Shown: one piece after another, positions 23,101 to 32,518 of the stretch | Layout of the letters: each line of letters starts with the position of its first letter | How positions within the stretch are numbered: position 1 is the stretch's first letter | Assembly: GCA_965223265.1 (NCBI GenBank) | Contig: OZ244999.1 | Coordinates: 1,952,001-2,016,000 of the forward strand | Length of the DNA: 64,000 bases | Source: Planctomycetota bacterium | GTDB taxonomy: Bacteria > Planctomycetota > UBA8108 > SXIK01 | Direction of reading: 5' to 3' | Program-made: the position numbers and the translations under genes | The notes under the pieces: model-generated | What the model saw: only the letters and a program-made list of their open reading frames with translations | Told to the model about the DNA's origin: nothing | The model's database searches: none

Positions 23101-23879
23101 CTCGGCTGATGTCCCCAGGAGACATCTTTGTCGACTGCGGGAGTCCACGCGGTGAGATTGTGCGCTTCGAAGTCAAGGCCGAGGACGACTGCGACGACGT
23201 CAAGCTCAGCTCGACTCCACCCTCCGGCTCGCTCTTTCCACGTGGCGCGACCACTGTGACTTGTATCGCCGAAGACGTATCTGGGAACAAAACGTTCGGT
23301 TCGTTTCGCGTGATCGTCGGCGATGTCCTGGCACCAGAGATCGACGCACCGACCAACGTCGTCACGCTCACCGACAGTTCCGACGGCGCCGTTGTCACGT
23401 TCGACGTGTCGGCCAAGGATGTTTGCAGCAACACGAAAGTTTTTTGCAAGCCGGAGTCAGGGTCGATGTTCCCGATCGGTAGGACCGTCGTCACCTGCTA
23501 CGCCGTTGACATCTCCAACAACATCGGCGTCACCACCTTTGAAGTCGACGTGAGGTTGGCTCAGGGAGATTTTCGACGCGGGGACTCCAATCACGACGGC
23601 GGCGTCGACATCTCCGATGCACTCCGGACGTTGAACACTCTGTTCGTGGTGCCGCAGAAACCGACCTGTATGGACGCTCTCGACTTCAATGACGACGGTG
23701 GAGTCGACATCTCCGATTCCATCGCGACGCTCATGTTCCTCTTTGTCTCCGGTCCAGAGGCTCCTCCGCCAGGGACCGAGGAGTGTGGCATTGACCGCAC
23801 GTCCGATCCGTTTTCCGTCTGCGCGTACGAAGCGTGCGGTGACGAAGGCCAAGTGGGGTTCGACAACCCGCTGCGGTAG
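20103..23879 (+). CDS. Secreted CLCA-like zinc metalloprotease with vWA, TSP3-like Asp repeats, two HYR domains and dockerin-like tail
   Basis: GGAGG RBS; signal peptide; HEFGHLALGLGDEY; LVLDASGSM, GGTAIG, LISDG (MIDAS); DxDxDGIPD repeats; PPSGSLFPRG and PESGSMFPIG (HYR); FRRGDSNHD tail. Confidence 0.85.
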   Translation: MRRPLAFRFALSLSVAILTLVAGHLIGPSRTHAGSGIVNPDGTIDITLNVRFPPTPEIMAEIQAEVVAASEIIWDASEGQLRFGTVTIGCGNVNEDLADMWVFPQSGRAGTSFRCDGSLLGESGAHVTQFLPSSSGLVLAHEFGHLALGLGDEYDEQNRFGACWGFGRCMETDEITERNQCLMQLQGPAGMTWSEFCTVDGHDTIVGDGLSCEEQEVPHGCEDNCHLFNHDTNRYETSQETNSCNADGCWAHLVDNFPFMGEPDGLPQEDVPADFVPPIFVDNCDVTDTLLLVLDASGSMNWATNDDDAEVCDNGEDDDGDGDVDESACRNSRLSYLKAAARGLLELAAGSETRIGIMSFNCTPNLEAGFQDIDDDFGGLQATVDGLTAGGGTAIGRALSSTTLLFGDETEAMNKTAFLISDGHNTCGEDPAAVTPALNDEDVRVFTLSTGSASDATLLSEIAGDSGGTRVDMKDSQALVPAIVQLWARYQNAGVIIPKAGYQIDANSKIEETIKAAASSRHWLALPELIRKPAPVNNVFRIEIEEGTEIVTFMLAGNLGNMDGFGVKATLTGPDGPGPHLFDSETPAPDLRVVRDPFFLLVQLHRPNPGMWSLNVEVAPGANAFQSGNLTVITQNPRADLFTSLDREVVSAGASVELTMLPYFDTGLAYVAEMNAAMLRPDGIVVPVDIDDRTDENGGYGAIITDTSFEGLYEVRVRMRTGLGALNDPGEIIFADRGPANSVKVPDFERTSVEYFYVVGGKRVCVSGNPVDCDGDGIPNESDTDDSDKDGIPDGFDTDSDNDEIPDAVEWQGVPTDLDGDRIPDHLDVDADGDKIPDAEDPVVSIKPVAPWLEMDDAELSPCAETKPTVVRVKSERAVIAVEMGFVWEPDALAIAFVRPSDEVARQLRTFEIIQEQKPLLPGQMIVRMEFAEPLKAYCSDLLNFEVKARKGFRETQLCLVPKLGDVATSITVVDGKAIARFPVVATCSAVRQSGDRVPPRLMSPGDIFVDCGSPRGEIVRFEVKAEDDCDDVKLSSTPPSGSLFPRGATTVTCIAEDVSGNKTFGSFRVIVGDVLAPEIDAPTNVVTLTDSSDGAVVTFDVSAKDVCSNTKVFCKPESGSMFPIGRTVVTCYAVDISNNIGVTTFEVDVRLAQGDFRRGDSNHDGGVDISDALRTLNTLFVVPQKPTCMDALDFNDDGGVDISDSIATLMFLFVSGPEAPPPGTEECGIDRTSDPFSVCAYEACGDEGQVGFDNPLR

Positions 23880-24017
23880 GACCGTGGAGGCGAACGCGAG
23901 AGTTTCGAGGTGGCCTGCTCGGCGTGAGACATCGGGCAGGCCACCTCTTTCGCTGTCAAAGCTTGGGTTCGCCTCACCGTTGAGTTGATTCAAGCGAGCC
24001 GACGGCGTCGCTTGTCG

Positions 24018-27000
24018 TCATTTTTTCTCCGGTGGGGCAGGTGTGTCTGTCGCCGCGCGCGTGCGACGTTCGTAAGCTCGATACTGGGGCCCAAGCTCGA
24101 GCGCTTGCTGAAGTTTCGTCTGAACCATCGCCGGCACTTCGCGCTCTACGAAGTGCACCTTACCGCCGACGCGACTGGCAAGAAGGCGCCCGCCCGCAAG
24201 TACGATTGTGTTGCCCGCGACGCTCGGCACTCGTGAGTTGTCGTCAAGGATGCCCGTCAAGTTCAGTGGATCGACGGCTGAGATGACGATCCACCCGTTC
24301 TCGCTGTCACCAGCGGTGTGCTGGTCGCGAAGAAGTCGCAAGCGTTCGAGCGCGGCCGGCGTGGCGTACTGCTCCCCGCCTAAGCCGGCGACGAAGCGAC
24401 CGCCGCGAACTTCACCTCTCGCTTCGGCACGCCTGAGGACACGGGCGATCGATTCCCACCGCGGCGCTGCATACTCGCGTTCAAGAAGGTCGCGGCAGAT
24501 GACGCCGTAGCGCAAAAGTAGCTGGTGCGCCCAGCGCGCGGCGCGGTCTCCTTCAGTGATCTCTGGCAGCAAGCCGGGAAAGAGTGACCAGCGACCGCCG
24601 CGCAGGTGAACACCTCCGGTCGGCAGCTCGGCCGCAGCGCCGAGCGCCCGGCGTGGTCGCTCTCGCGAGCGGCGTCGCTGTGCGCTAGGAATCGAGAGTT
24701 GCCGGACCGAAGCGAATCCGTCACTGCTGACGAGTCCACGCAGCGTCAGCTCTGCGAGAGCTCGCTCGACCTGTGAGCGCAGCAGCCCCGTCACTTGTTC
24801 GAGGACTTGCTCGAACAAAGCTCCGTGCTGTTTGAGCGCGTCATAGACGGCGGCCGCTTCACTACCGAGATCCGCGTCGCGTCCCTCCTCGAGCGGCGGC
24901 AGGAGCCAGCCAAGCTCAGAGCGCTGCATGAGCGCAATGGGCACTAGGCGTGTCATCGGAGATGAACGACCTGCTCGGCCTTCGGCGTCCACCCGTACGG
25001 TACGTCGGGTCACCGGGCGTCCCCACACTACGGCGCCAGAAAGCATCAGGTCGTCGAGCCAGCTCGTGTCGTACTCCTCCACGCGCAGCGGCAGGACTTC
25101 CGTCTCCCAAGCGGCGGCCGCGAGCGGGAATCCTTGCAGTTGCTGCAGTGCGAGCGCCGTTCCCGTACTGCCCAGAAGTCGCTGACCGCCCATTGCGTGC
25201 TGGTGCTCGAAGAGAAATTGCCAGAAGACCTCTCGGCTCGCAGGCTCGACCTGGGCGCGCAAACCTTCCAGGGTGAGGCGATGGATGCGCTGCAGCAGGC
25301 GGCGATCACACCACTCGCACGCAAAGACGTCATCGCTCCCAAGGGACGCTCCGAGAGGCGCAGCAAACCCTGGCGTGAAGCGACCTCGCAGGACCGCGCC
25401 TTCCGACTCCAGCTTGAGAAGAGATCTCTCAACGGCTTGAGTCTCCAGTCCGAGTTTCTCGCTGAGCTCCTTCGCAGTTGTCGGTCCCGTGCTCTCCAGG
25501 CGTGCCCTGACGATCGCCAGCTGTGCCTCTTCAGCGTCGAGAGTTTTGGTGTCGAGGAAGTCAGGCAAGACGATTTCTGGCGAAAACTTGAGCTCGGGGC
25601 GTGCTGCCTGAACGCTCGGGCAACACTCAGCGGCTACCAGATAGGACTCGCCACGCGGATCGATCGCCAAAGCGGCTCTGTTCGCCTCGACGAGCTCTTG
25701 AAACCATTCCAGCCACGCCTCGCCTTCGCGTGCTGGAAGCGTGTAGAGCAGAACGAGTGCTTCGTGCAGCTCGTCGGCGTCGCGCACGATTGGCCACGCC
25801 TCACCACGCACCTGATCTATAGCGTCTGCGTCCAATTGTCCGAGCTCGTCGACGGTTTTTGGATCGGCAAAACGTCGCGTCGCTACGGCCCGGGCCCTGC
25901 GCTCCTCGAGTGGCGCGTCGTCGAGAAACGCATAGGGATTGGCGTTGAGGAGCTCATGACTGAACGGCGAGGGCTCGCGCGTGTCGACGCCGCGAAGCTC
26001 GACCGTCTCGGCGGCGATGTCTTCGAGCACTTGCCTGCAACGCTCGAAATCCATCGCCTCCGTGAAGCAGTCGGCGAGCGTTTGCCCCACAAGCGGGTGG
26101 GATGGAATTTCCACGTCGCCGCTGTGGTTCTCCAGACAACCGGTCTGAGCGGGAAACACTGCGGTGAGGAAGTCGTCGGCGCGAAATCGCTGCAGCGGCG
26201 GTGGGACTTTTTTGCCGCCGCGCATGCGCAGCACCGCCAAGGCGCGCGTTGCGTTCCAGCGCCATCGCGTTAGGAACATTGGAACCGCGAGCACAGCTTG
26301 CGTCAGCAGGTTTTCGAGGTTGTCGGGGTGGACCATGCGAAAAAGAGTGTCGATCGGAAAGCTATGCTGCGGACCGAACGACAGGATAATGCCGTTGTCG
26401 TTGGCGGCGGCTTGGAGCTCGAAATTGAAACTGCGACAGAATCGTTTGCGCAGCGCCAACCCCCAAGCCCGGTTGACGCGAGCGCCGAACGGCGAGTGAA
26501 TGACCAGCTGCATGCCGCCGGACTCGTCGAAGAAGCGTTCGAAGATCACGTGTGTCTGCGTTGGAACTCTACCAAGAGCGCGGCACTGCAGGTCGATGTA
26601 GTCTACGACCTGGCGGGCCGCGGCCTCCGACGCTCCGCACTCTCGTTGAAGTCGTCGTCGAACACCGAGCGTCGACTCTTCGTCTTTCGCGGCGTCTCCG
26701 TCCCCTGGAGCAAGGAGCCATCCTTCGAGGTCTTCGCGAAGCCGGGAGACTGCCGCCGAGAGCTCGAAGGTTCTTCCTGGGGCTTCCCCGAGCCAGAACG
26801 GGATCGTCGCAGGCGCCCCGCGCGCGTCAGCCACCGTGACGACCCCGCTGCGCACGTGTCGGATCTGCCAGGATGTGTTCCCGAGTAGGAAAATGTCTCC
26901 TGCCATGCTCTCGAGCGCGAAATCCTCGTTGAGTGTGCCGACATATGTGCCGTCGCCTTCGGTCTCAACGCGGAAATCAGCGTTTTCTGGAATGGCGCCA

Positions 27001-28637
27001 CCGCTGGTCACCGACGCGATCCGAGCACCACGGCGAGCGCGGACGGTCTTGTTGATACGATCGCGATGGAGGTGACGAGCGAAGCGTCGTGCACCCCTCT
27101 TGCCGTCACTCAACATCTCGAGTACAGCGTCGAAATCCGTGCGGCGCAGGTCACGAAACGGCCACGCGAGCCGACAGAACTCGAAGAGTTCGTCTTCGCC
27201 CCAGCTCTCGTCGCAGGCTGCCGCGGTGATTTGCTGGGCCAAAATGTCCAGCGGCGCTTTAGGGATGTCGATTGCGTCGAGGATCCCCTTCCGTGCTGCC
27301 CGAATGAGCGCGAGACACTCGAGCAGCTCGTCGCGCGTGAGAGGGAAGAGCCGCCCCTTCGGAGTCTTGCCAAGCGAGTGGCCGGCGCGGCCGACGCGCT
27401 GCAGGCAGGTCGCGATGGCGCGGGGCGAACCGACCTGACAGACCAGGTCGATATAACCGACATCGATGCCGAGCTCGAGCGAGGCGGTTGCGACAATGGC
27501 TTTGAGCTGACCCGTCTTGAGACGTTCTTCGGCGTCGAGGCGGATGGAGCGCGAGAGACTGCCATGGTGGCTGGTGACGCTCTCTTCGCCCAAGAGGGCT
27601 GAGAGGTAGTGCGTGACACGCTCAGCGAGGCGTCGGGTATTGACGAATACGAGGGTGCTGCGGTGGGAGGAGATGAGGGCTGCGAGTTGGGCGTAGATTT
27701 CGTCCCACGTCTCGAGCGAGCAAACGGCGCTTAATTCCGAGGATGGGACTTCGATCGCAAGATCTATTTCGCGTGCGTGTCCCATGTCGACGATGTGGCA
27801 GCGGGCAGAGTCCGTCCGAAGGCCTGCGGCGGCAATCCTGCGGCCGCCACCGTCGCAATCGGTCTTGCACTTGCCTTTGCCGCTGCGTCTGTCTTTGCCG
27901 CTGCCCTTGCTCTTGCTCAGCCCTTTGTCGTTGCCGTCTTCTTGAATGTCGCCACGCGCGCTGCGATCGACGTTCGCTGTGCCGACCAAAAACCGCGCGA
28001 TCTCTTCGATCGGTCGCTGCGTCGCCGATAGGCCGATGCGCTGTAAGGGCTTTTCCCCTAGTCGCTCAAGACGCTCGAGCGACAGGCTCAAGTGTGAGCC
28101 GCGTTTGTCCGCGGCAAGAACGTGGATTTCGTCGACAATGACCGTCTGCACATTCTTTAGAAGAGCTCTCGAGCGCTCAGCTGTCAGGAGGATGAAGAGC
28201 GACTCGGGAGTGGTCACCAGAATGTGGGGCGGATGGCGCAGCATGGACTGACGATCCTTTGCCGGCGTGTCGCCGCTGCGGACGAAGGCACGGATCGGCT
28301 GCGGCGTGTGTCCTCGCTGCGATGCAAGCGAGAGGATCCCAGTGAGGGGTTCTTCGAGGTTGCGTCGGATGTCGTTGCTGAGAGCTTTCAAGGGCGAGAC
28401 GTAGACGACGTGAACTTCCGGCGTCAGCTTGCCTTCGAGGGCTTGACGCAGCAGTCGGTCGATACAGACTAGGAAGGCCGTCAGCGTCTTGCCGGAACCC
28501 GTCGGCGCCGCGACGAGCGTATGCTCAGACGTTGCGATCGCCTTCCAACCGCTCTCCTGCGGCGCGGTAGGGGCGTCGAACTTCGACGTGAACCACTCCC
28601 AAGTGATTGGATGAAACAGGTCCCTGAGATTTTCCAT
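24018..28637 (-). CDS. lhr: Lhr-family ATP-dependent DEAD/H helicase
   Basis: APTGSGKTL, YVSPLKALSNDI, LVTTPESL, DEIH, KRGSHLSLSLERL, GLSATQRP, HHGSLS, ATASLELGID, QRVGRAGH, C-terminal GEVRGGRFV. Start taken at MENLRDLFHP. Confidence 0.93.
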   Translation of the reverse strand: MENLRDLFHPITWEWFTSKFDAPTAPQESGWKAIATSEHTLVAAPTGSGKTLTAFLVCIDRLLRQALEGKLTPEVHVVYVSPLKALSNDIRRNLEEPLTGILSLASQRGHTPQPIRAFVRSGDTPAKDRQSMLRHPPHILVTTPESLFILLTAERSRALLKNVQTVIVDEIHVLAADKRGSHLSLSLERLERLGEKPLQRIGLSATQRPIEEIARFLVGTANVDRSARGDIQEDGNDKGLSKSKGSGKDRRSGKGKCKTDCDGGGRRIAAAGLRTDSARCHIVDMGHAREIDLAIEVPSSELSAVCSLETWDEIYAQLAALISSHRSTLVFVNTRRLAERVTHYLSALLGEESVTSHHGSLSRSIRLDAEERLKTGQLKAIVATASLELGIDVGYIDLVCQVGSPRAIATCLQRVGRAGHSLGKTPKGRLFPLTRDELLECLALIRAARKGILDAIDIPKAPLDILAQQITAAACDESWGEDELFEFCRLAWPFRDLRRTDFDAVLEMLSDGKRGARRFARHLHRDRINKTVRARRGARIASVTSGGAIPENADFRVETEGDGTYVGTLNEDFALESMAGDIFLLGNTSWQIRHVRSGVVTVADARGAPATIPFWLGEAPGRTFELSAAVSRLREDLEGWLLAPGDGDAAKDEESTLGVRRRLQRECGASEAAARQVVDYIDLQCRALGRVPTQTHVIFERFFDESGGMQLVIHSPFGARVNRAWGLALRKRFCRSFNFELQAAANDNGIILSFGPQHSFPIDTLFRMVHPDNLENLLTQAVLAVPMFLTRWRWNATRALAVLRMRGGKKVPPPLQRFRADDFLTAVFPAQTGCLENHSGDVEIPSHPLVGQTLADCFTEAMDFERCRQVLEDIAAETVELRGVDTREPSPFSHELLNANPYAFLDDAPLEERRARAVATRRFADPKTVDELGQLDADAIDQVRGEAWPIVRDADELHEALVLLYTLPAREGEAWLEWFQELVEANRAALAIDPRGESYLVAAECCPSVQAARPELKFSPEIVLPDFLDTKTLDAEEAQLAIVRARLESTGPTTAKELSEKLGLETQAVERSLLKLESEGAVLRGRFTPGFAAPLGASLGSDDVFACEWCDRRLLQRIHRLTLEGLRAQVEPASREVFWQFLFEHQHAMGGQRLLGSTGTALALQQLQGFPLAAAAWETEVLPLRVEEYDTSWLDDLMLSGAVVWGRPVTRRTVRVDAEGRAGRSSPMTRLVPIALMQRSELGWLLPPLEEGRDADLGSEAAAVYDALKQHGALFEQVLEQVTGLLRSQVERALAELTLRGLVSSDGFASVRQLSIPSAQRRRSRERPRRALGAAAELPTGGVHLRGGRWSLFPGLLPEITEGDRAARWAHQLLLRYGVICRDLLEREYAAPRWESIARVLRRAEARGEVRGGRFVAGLGGEQYATPAALERLRLLRDQHTAGDSENGWIVISAVDPLNLTGILDDNSRVPSVAGNTIVLAGGRLLASRVGGKVHFVEREVPAMVQTKLQQALELGPQYRAYERRTRAATDTPAPPEKK

Positions 28638-28908
28638 CGAGTCGCTTTCCCGAGCGCCTTCGGAAGCCTTCACGTGGTGACAGACACCCATCAGAATGAG
28701 GCCTTGACGAGGGGTTCTCAAATGAAATCGGTCCAGCGTGATCGACCACCGTGTGGAGTTTTTTCTTCTTTTCTTCTCTGCCCCTTCTTGGTCTCCTGGC
28801 AGCCTCCATCTCGCGTCTGGAGCGCGGAGAGATTGTCACGAATCGATTCAAGTCGGCCGATCGTCGTGCGGTCGAAGATCTTCGTTCGGAGCTACGAGAC
28901 TCGAAAGG

Positions 28909-29952
28909 ATGCCGAAGACCGGGCTGCTACTGATCAATTTGGGTACACCGGATGCGCCGGACACGGCGTCGGTGCGTCGTTACTTGCGTGAGTTTTTGTC
29001 TGACCCGCGCGTACTCGATGTCAACCCCGCGATGCGTTCGGTCGTCCTCAATCTTTTCATCTTGCCGCGCCGGCCGGCGCAATCGGCTGCAGCCTATCAG
29101 ACGATTTGGACCGACCGTGGCTCGCCGCTCCTTTTTCATACCGCCGACTTGACCGAGAAGGTCCGCCAGCGCGTCGGCGAATCGGTTCACGTCGAGTTCG
29201 CGATGCGCTATCAACACCCGTCGATCTCCGACGCGCTCGAGCGGTTTCGTGAGCGATCCGTTGACCGCATCGTCGCATTCCCTCTGTTCCCGCAATACGC
29301 CTCGTCGGCGACCGGATCGGCGCTCGCCAAGGTGTTCGAGGAAGCGGGAAAGCTGTGGAATGTGCCTGCGATTCAAGTCGTGCCGCCGTTTTTCGATCAT
29401 CCCGCGTTCATCCGTGCATTCACGGCAGTCGCGCAGCCCGTGCTCGATGATTTCGCACCCGACTATGTTCTGCTGAGCTACCATGGCCTTCCCGAGCGCC
29501 ATGTCGTCAAGAGCGACGAATCCGGCGGACGACATTGCTTGCGGCAGGGGAACTGCTGCGATGAGATTGTCGACGCCAACCGCAATTGCTATCGCGCCCA
29601 GTGCTTCGCGACGTCGCGGGCGCTCACCACGAGCCTCGGCTTAGCGCCAAAGAGTTGGGAGATCACGTTCCAGTCACGTCTTGGTCGTGATCCATGGATT
29701 CGGCCTTACACAGACGTGCGGCTCACCGAACTGGCAGCCTCCGGGGTGAAGAGACTCGCAGTCCTCTGCCCGGCGTTCGTGGCTGACTGCCTCGAGACGC
29801 TAGAGGAGATCGGTATCCGTGCGCTTGAGGATTTCAAGGCGCACGGCGGCGAAGATCTCAAACTCGTGCCTTCGTTGAACGCCACGGACGATTGGGTTTC
29901 GGCCGTGATTGACATTGCGAGCGCGGAGATTCGGCACCCGGCCGAAGCGTGA
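28909..29952 (+). CDS. hemH: Ferrochelatase
   Basis: GLLLINLGTP, RRYLREFLSDPRV, GSPL, AMRY, PLFPQY, SYHGLP, FQSRLG..PW, FVADCLETLEEI. Confidence 0.96.
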   Translation: MPKTGLLLINLGTPDAPDTASVRRYLREFLSDPRVLDVNPAMRSVVLNLFILPRRPAQSAAAYQTIWTDRGSPLLFHTADLTEKVRQRVGESVHVEFAMRYQHPSISDALERFRERSVDRIVAFPLFPQYASSATGSALAKVFEEAGKLWNVPAIQVVPPFFDHPAFIRAFTAVAQPVLDDFAPDYVLLSYHGLPERHVVKSDESGGRHCLRQGNCCDEIVDANRNCYRAQCFATSRALTTSLGLAPKSWEITFQSRLGRDPWIRPYTDVRLTELAASGVKRLAVLCPAFVADCLETLEEIGIRALEDFKAHGGEDLKLVPSLNATDDWVSAVIDIASAEIRHPAEA

Positions 29953-30351
29953 GTCGGCGACGGTTCGCAGCATGTGAGGGGCATTTTTGCGAGGCGTGCA
30001 CCAACAACGCTCGACCTGTCCCGACCGTCTCCATAACGACAGAAAAGAACGCTTCGATTCACTCACTGAAGAGGCTACATTTGGTCGGTGGAGAGGGAAA
30101 GACGGGAGGGGGCTTGGGCGGGCGCCGAAGAGGGAACGTTGTTCGGCCCCGCTCTTTCTTCTCCTTCGCCTGAGCGGGAGCGCTCGGCGCGGGGAGACTC
30201 AACTCACGATGCTGGGTATCGTCAGACCGTGAGAGATTTCGCTGGCAAACATGCCCGGGTCTCCGCAAGCTTTGGAGGTCTATCTCGCGCCGCTGGCGAT
30301 GATCGACCTTCGGGCTTGGGAACATTGTCTTAGCGAGGAACCACAGGCGAG

Positions 30352-31617
30352 ATGCTGCACCGTCGATCTCAGCGTCCTTCCAGCGACGCCCGTCGCGCAC
30401 CGACCACTATTGAGCGGCGGACGTCGCCACCGGACGAAGCTGCATGGCGGACCCCATGGGTGCAGTTGCGGTCGGCGACCTACCACACGTTTATCTACAA
30501 GCGGATGGTGCAGAGTGCGTCGATGGACGCCGAGCTTGGCAGCCTCGTGAGTGTGTACGACAAGCTGGGGCACTTCTTCGGTACCGCATTTTTCAATCCG
30601 GAATCGCAGATCGCCCTGCGTCTGGTTTCGACTCGAGACGAAGAAGTCGACGCGGTCTTTTTCGAGCGGCTCCTTGAGCGTGCGGTCGCACTGCGACGTG
30701 ACGTTCTTCAAGTCGATCGAGACACCAACGCGTATCGCCTGGTCAACTCTGAAGGCGATGAACTCAGTGGACTCGTCGTCGATCTTTTCGACGATGTGCT
30801 CAGCATCGAGCTCTTCAGTGCTGGAGCGTTTAAGCGTCTTGGGGCCTGGCTTCCGTTCTTGCAGCGACTCACCGGAACCGAGAAGTACCGCGTTCATGTC
30901 GATCCGACGGTCACCCGCCGGGAGGCGATTCGGACACCGCTCCCTGTCGCCCCTTTGGCACCGACAAGCTTGAAGGCCGTCCGCATCCGCGAGCACGGAG
31001 TGCGCTACGCCGTCGATTTGGCGAGCGGGCACAAGACTGGTTTCTTTTGCGACCAGCGTCAGAACCGCGTCGACGTATCGCGCCTCGTGAGCAGTCGCAG
31101 TTTGCTTGACGTTTGCTGCTACAGCGGCGGTTTTGGCATCAGCGCCCTCGTCGGCGGCGGGACTCAGGACGTGACGGGCGTTGACCTTGACGAGCGGGCG
31201 ATCGATCAGGCGAAGCACAACGCCAACTTGAACCAAGTTCGCGCCAAGTGGGTGCACGCCGATGCATTCTCGTACCTGCGTCAAATGCACGAGGGCGGAA
31301 AACGATGGGAAATGGTCGTTCTTGATCCCCCGAAGTTCATACCGACGCGGCGTGACTACGACGAAGGTGAAAAGAAGTACCATGATTTGAACCGCCTCGC
31401 GGTCTCCGTCGTCGCCCCCGGGGGCCTGTTCGTCACGTGCTCCTGCTCCGGTCTCATGCCGCCAAACGAGTTCGACCGTCTTGTCTGTCAGGCCGCACAT
31501 CGTGCCGGGCGGCGACTGCAGATTTTTCGCCGCACCGAAGCGGGCCCGGATCATCCTGTGCTATCGAATTGCCCTGAGGGGCGGTACTTGCAAGTTACGT
31601 GGTGCCGTGTGTTGTGA
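30352..31617 (+). CDS. rlmI: RlmI-like class I SAM-dependent rRNA methyltransferase (start uncertain)
   Basis: RLVNSEGDELSGLVVD, GHKTGFFCDQRQNR, LDVCCYSGGF, VLDPPKF, TCSCS, DHPV...PEGRYL. Confidence 0.85.
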   Translation: MLHRRSQRPSSDARRAPTTIERRTSPPDEAAWRTPWVQLRSATYHTFIYKRMVQSASMDAELGSLVSVYDKLGHFFGTAFFNPESQIALRLVSTRDEEVDAVFFERLLERAVALRRDVLQVDRDTNAYRLVNSEGDELSGLVVDLFDDVLSIELFSAGAFKRLGAWLPFLQRLTGTEKYRVHVDPTVTRREAIRTPLPVAPLAPTSLKAVRIREHGVRYAVDLASGHKTGFFCDQRQNRVDVSRLVSSRSLLDVCCYSGGFGISALVGGGTQDVTGVDLDERAIDQAKHNANLNQVRAKWVHADAFSYLRQMHEGGKRWEMVVLDPPKFIPTRRDYDEGEKKYHDLNRLAVSVVAPGGLFVTCSCSGLMPPNEFDRLVCQAAHRAGRRLQIFRRTEAGPDHPVLSNCPEGRYLQVTWCRVL

Positions 31618-31728
31618 TTTCGCTGCGACGACGTCTTTGAAGCGCGTTGATCACGGCACCGCCAAGCAGACTCCGGACCTCAGCCGATTCGGTTGATTCC
31701 GGATGCTCTTGTTTCACGAGGACGTTCG

Positions 31729-32481
31729 ATGCTGAAGTTCTACAAGTTCTGTTCCGATGTCCCTGCTCCTGTAGCCGCGCGAGGCGCCTACGAGAAACGA
31801 GCGCCGGGACGAGGATGGCCCGAAGAGTGTCCACCGGTGCGCGCCGCGAACGCGTTCGGTTGGGACGTGCTCGCGATGCACGATTTAAAGTTTCAGCGGG
31901 ACGGAGAGAATTGGACGCTCGCGGAAGCCGTCGACGTAGAGAGTGATTGGGCCTACAGTCCACCCGACGCCCCGAACGGCGAAGAGGGCGAGCCGCTCGT
32001 ACAGCGAAATGCCTGGTTCTGGCAGGAAGATCAGGTCTTGCCGCACGCGATCAGCAAGGACGTTTACCGAGAGATCCGCCACCAGGTCAAGGTCTCGACG
32101 TTCCTGTTCCTCGCAACTGACGAGAATGAACTCCTCTACATGACGGACATACCGAGTCGATCACGACCGTTTCGAGTCATCAGCGCGCTTGTCGATACGG
32201 ATTGGTACCCGGCCTCCTATCCGTGGCACTGCGTTCTGGAGCTCGATCGCGATGCGAGCGAGGTCACCATCGCCAAGGGCGAACCCCTCTGCCGTCTCTT
32301 CACCGTACGACGAGACGATTACTTCGCGCGTGAAATGTCCCAGAGCGAGTTTGAGGACTTCTTCAACCGCACGCAGGAGTGGCTTGCCCGCTATGGTAAG
32401 GGCGAGCACGAGGGGATGGTCGACATCACCGGCAATTACGTTAAACAGCAGCGACTGTCGCGTTTTTCCGTGATTTTGTAG
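31729..32481 (+). CDS. DUF6065-like hypothetical protein
   Basis: ECPPVRAANAFGWDVL, ALVDTDWYP and KGEPLC resemble the DUF6065 family (recalled motifs). Confidence 0.65.
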   Translation: MLKFYKFCSDVPAPVAARGAYEKRAPGRGWPEECPPVRAANAFGWDVLAMHDLKFQRDGENWTLAEAVDVESDWAYSPPDAPNGEEGEPLVQRNAWFWQEDQVLPHAISKDVYREIRHQVKVSTFLFLATDENELLYMTDIPSRSRPFRVISALVDTDWYPASYPWHCVLELDRDASEVTIAKGEPLCRLFTVRRDDYFAREMSQSEFEDFFNRTQEWLARYGKGEHEGMVDITGNYVKQQRLSRFSVIL

Positions 32482-32518
32482 CCACGAACTCGGTGTCACC
32501 GTCGATGTGGGGGTGGGC

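Noticed and set aside
30085-30172. Purine/pyrimidine hairpin as 6S or SRP RNA
   Set aside because: Imperfect pairing and no diagnostic conserved motif recognised.
30088-30351. TAG read-through (pyrrolysine) joining ORF 30088-30333 to the RlmI-like gene
   Set aside because: Same frame, but the upstream peptide is not protein-like and the methyltransferase looks complete without it.
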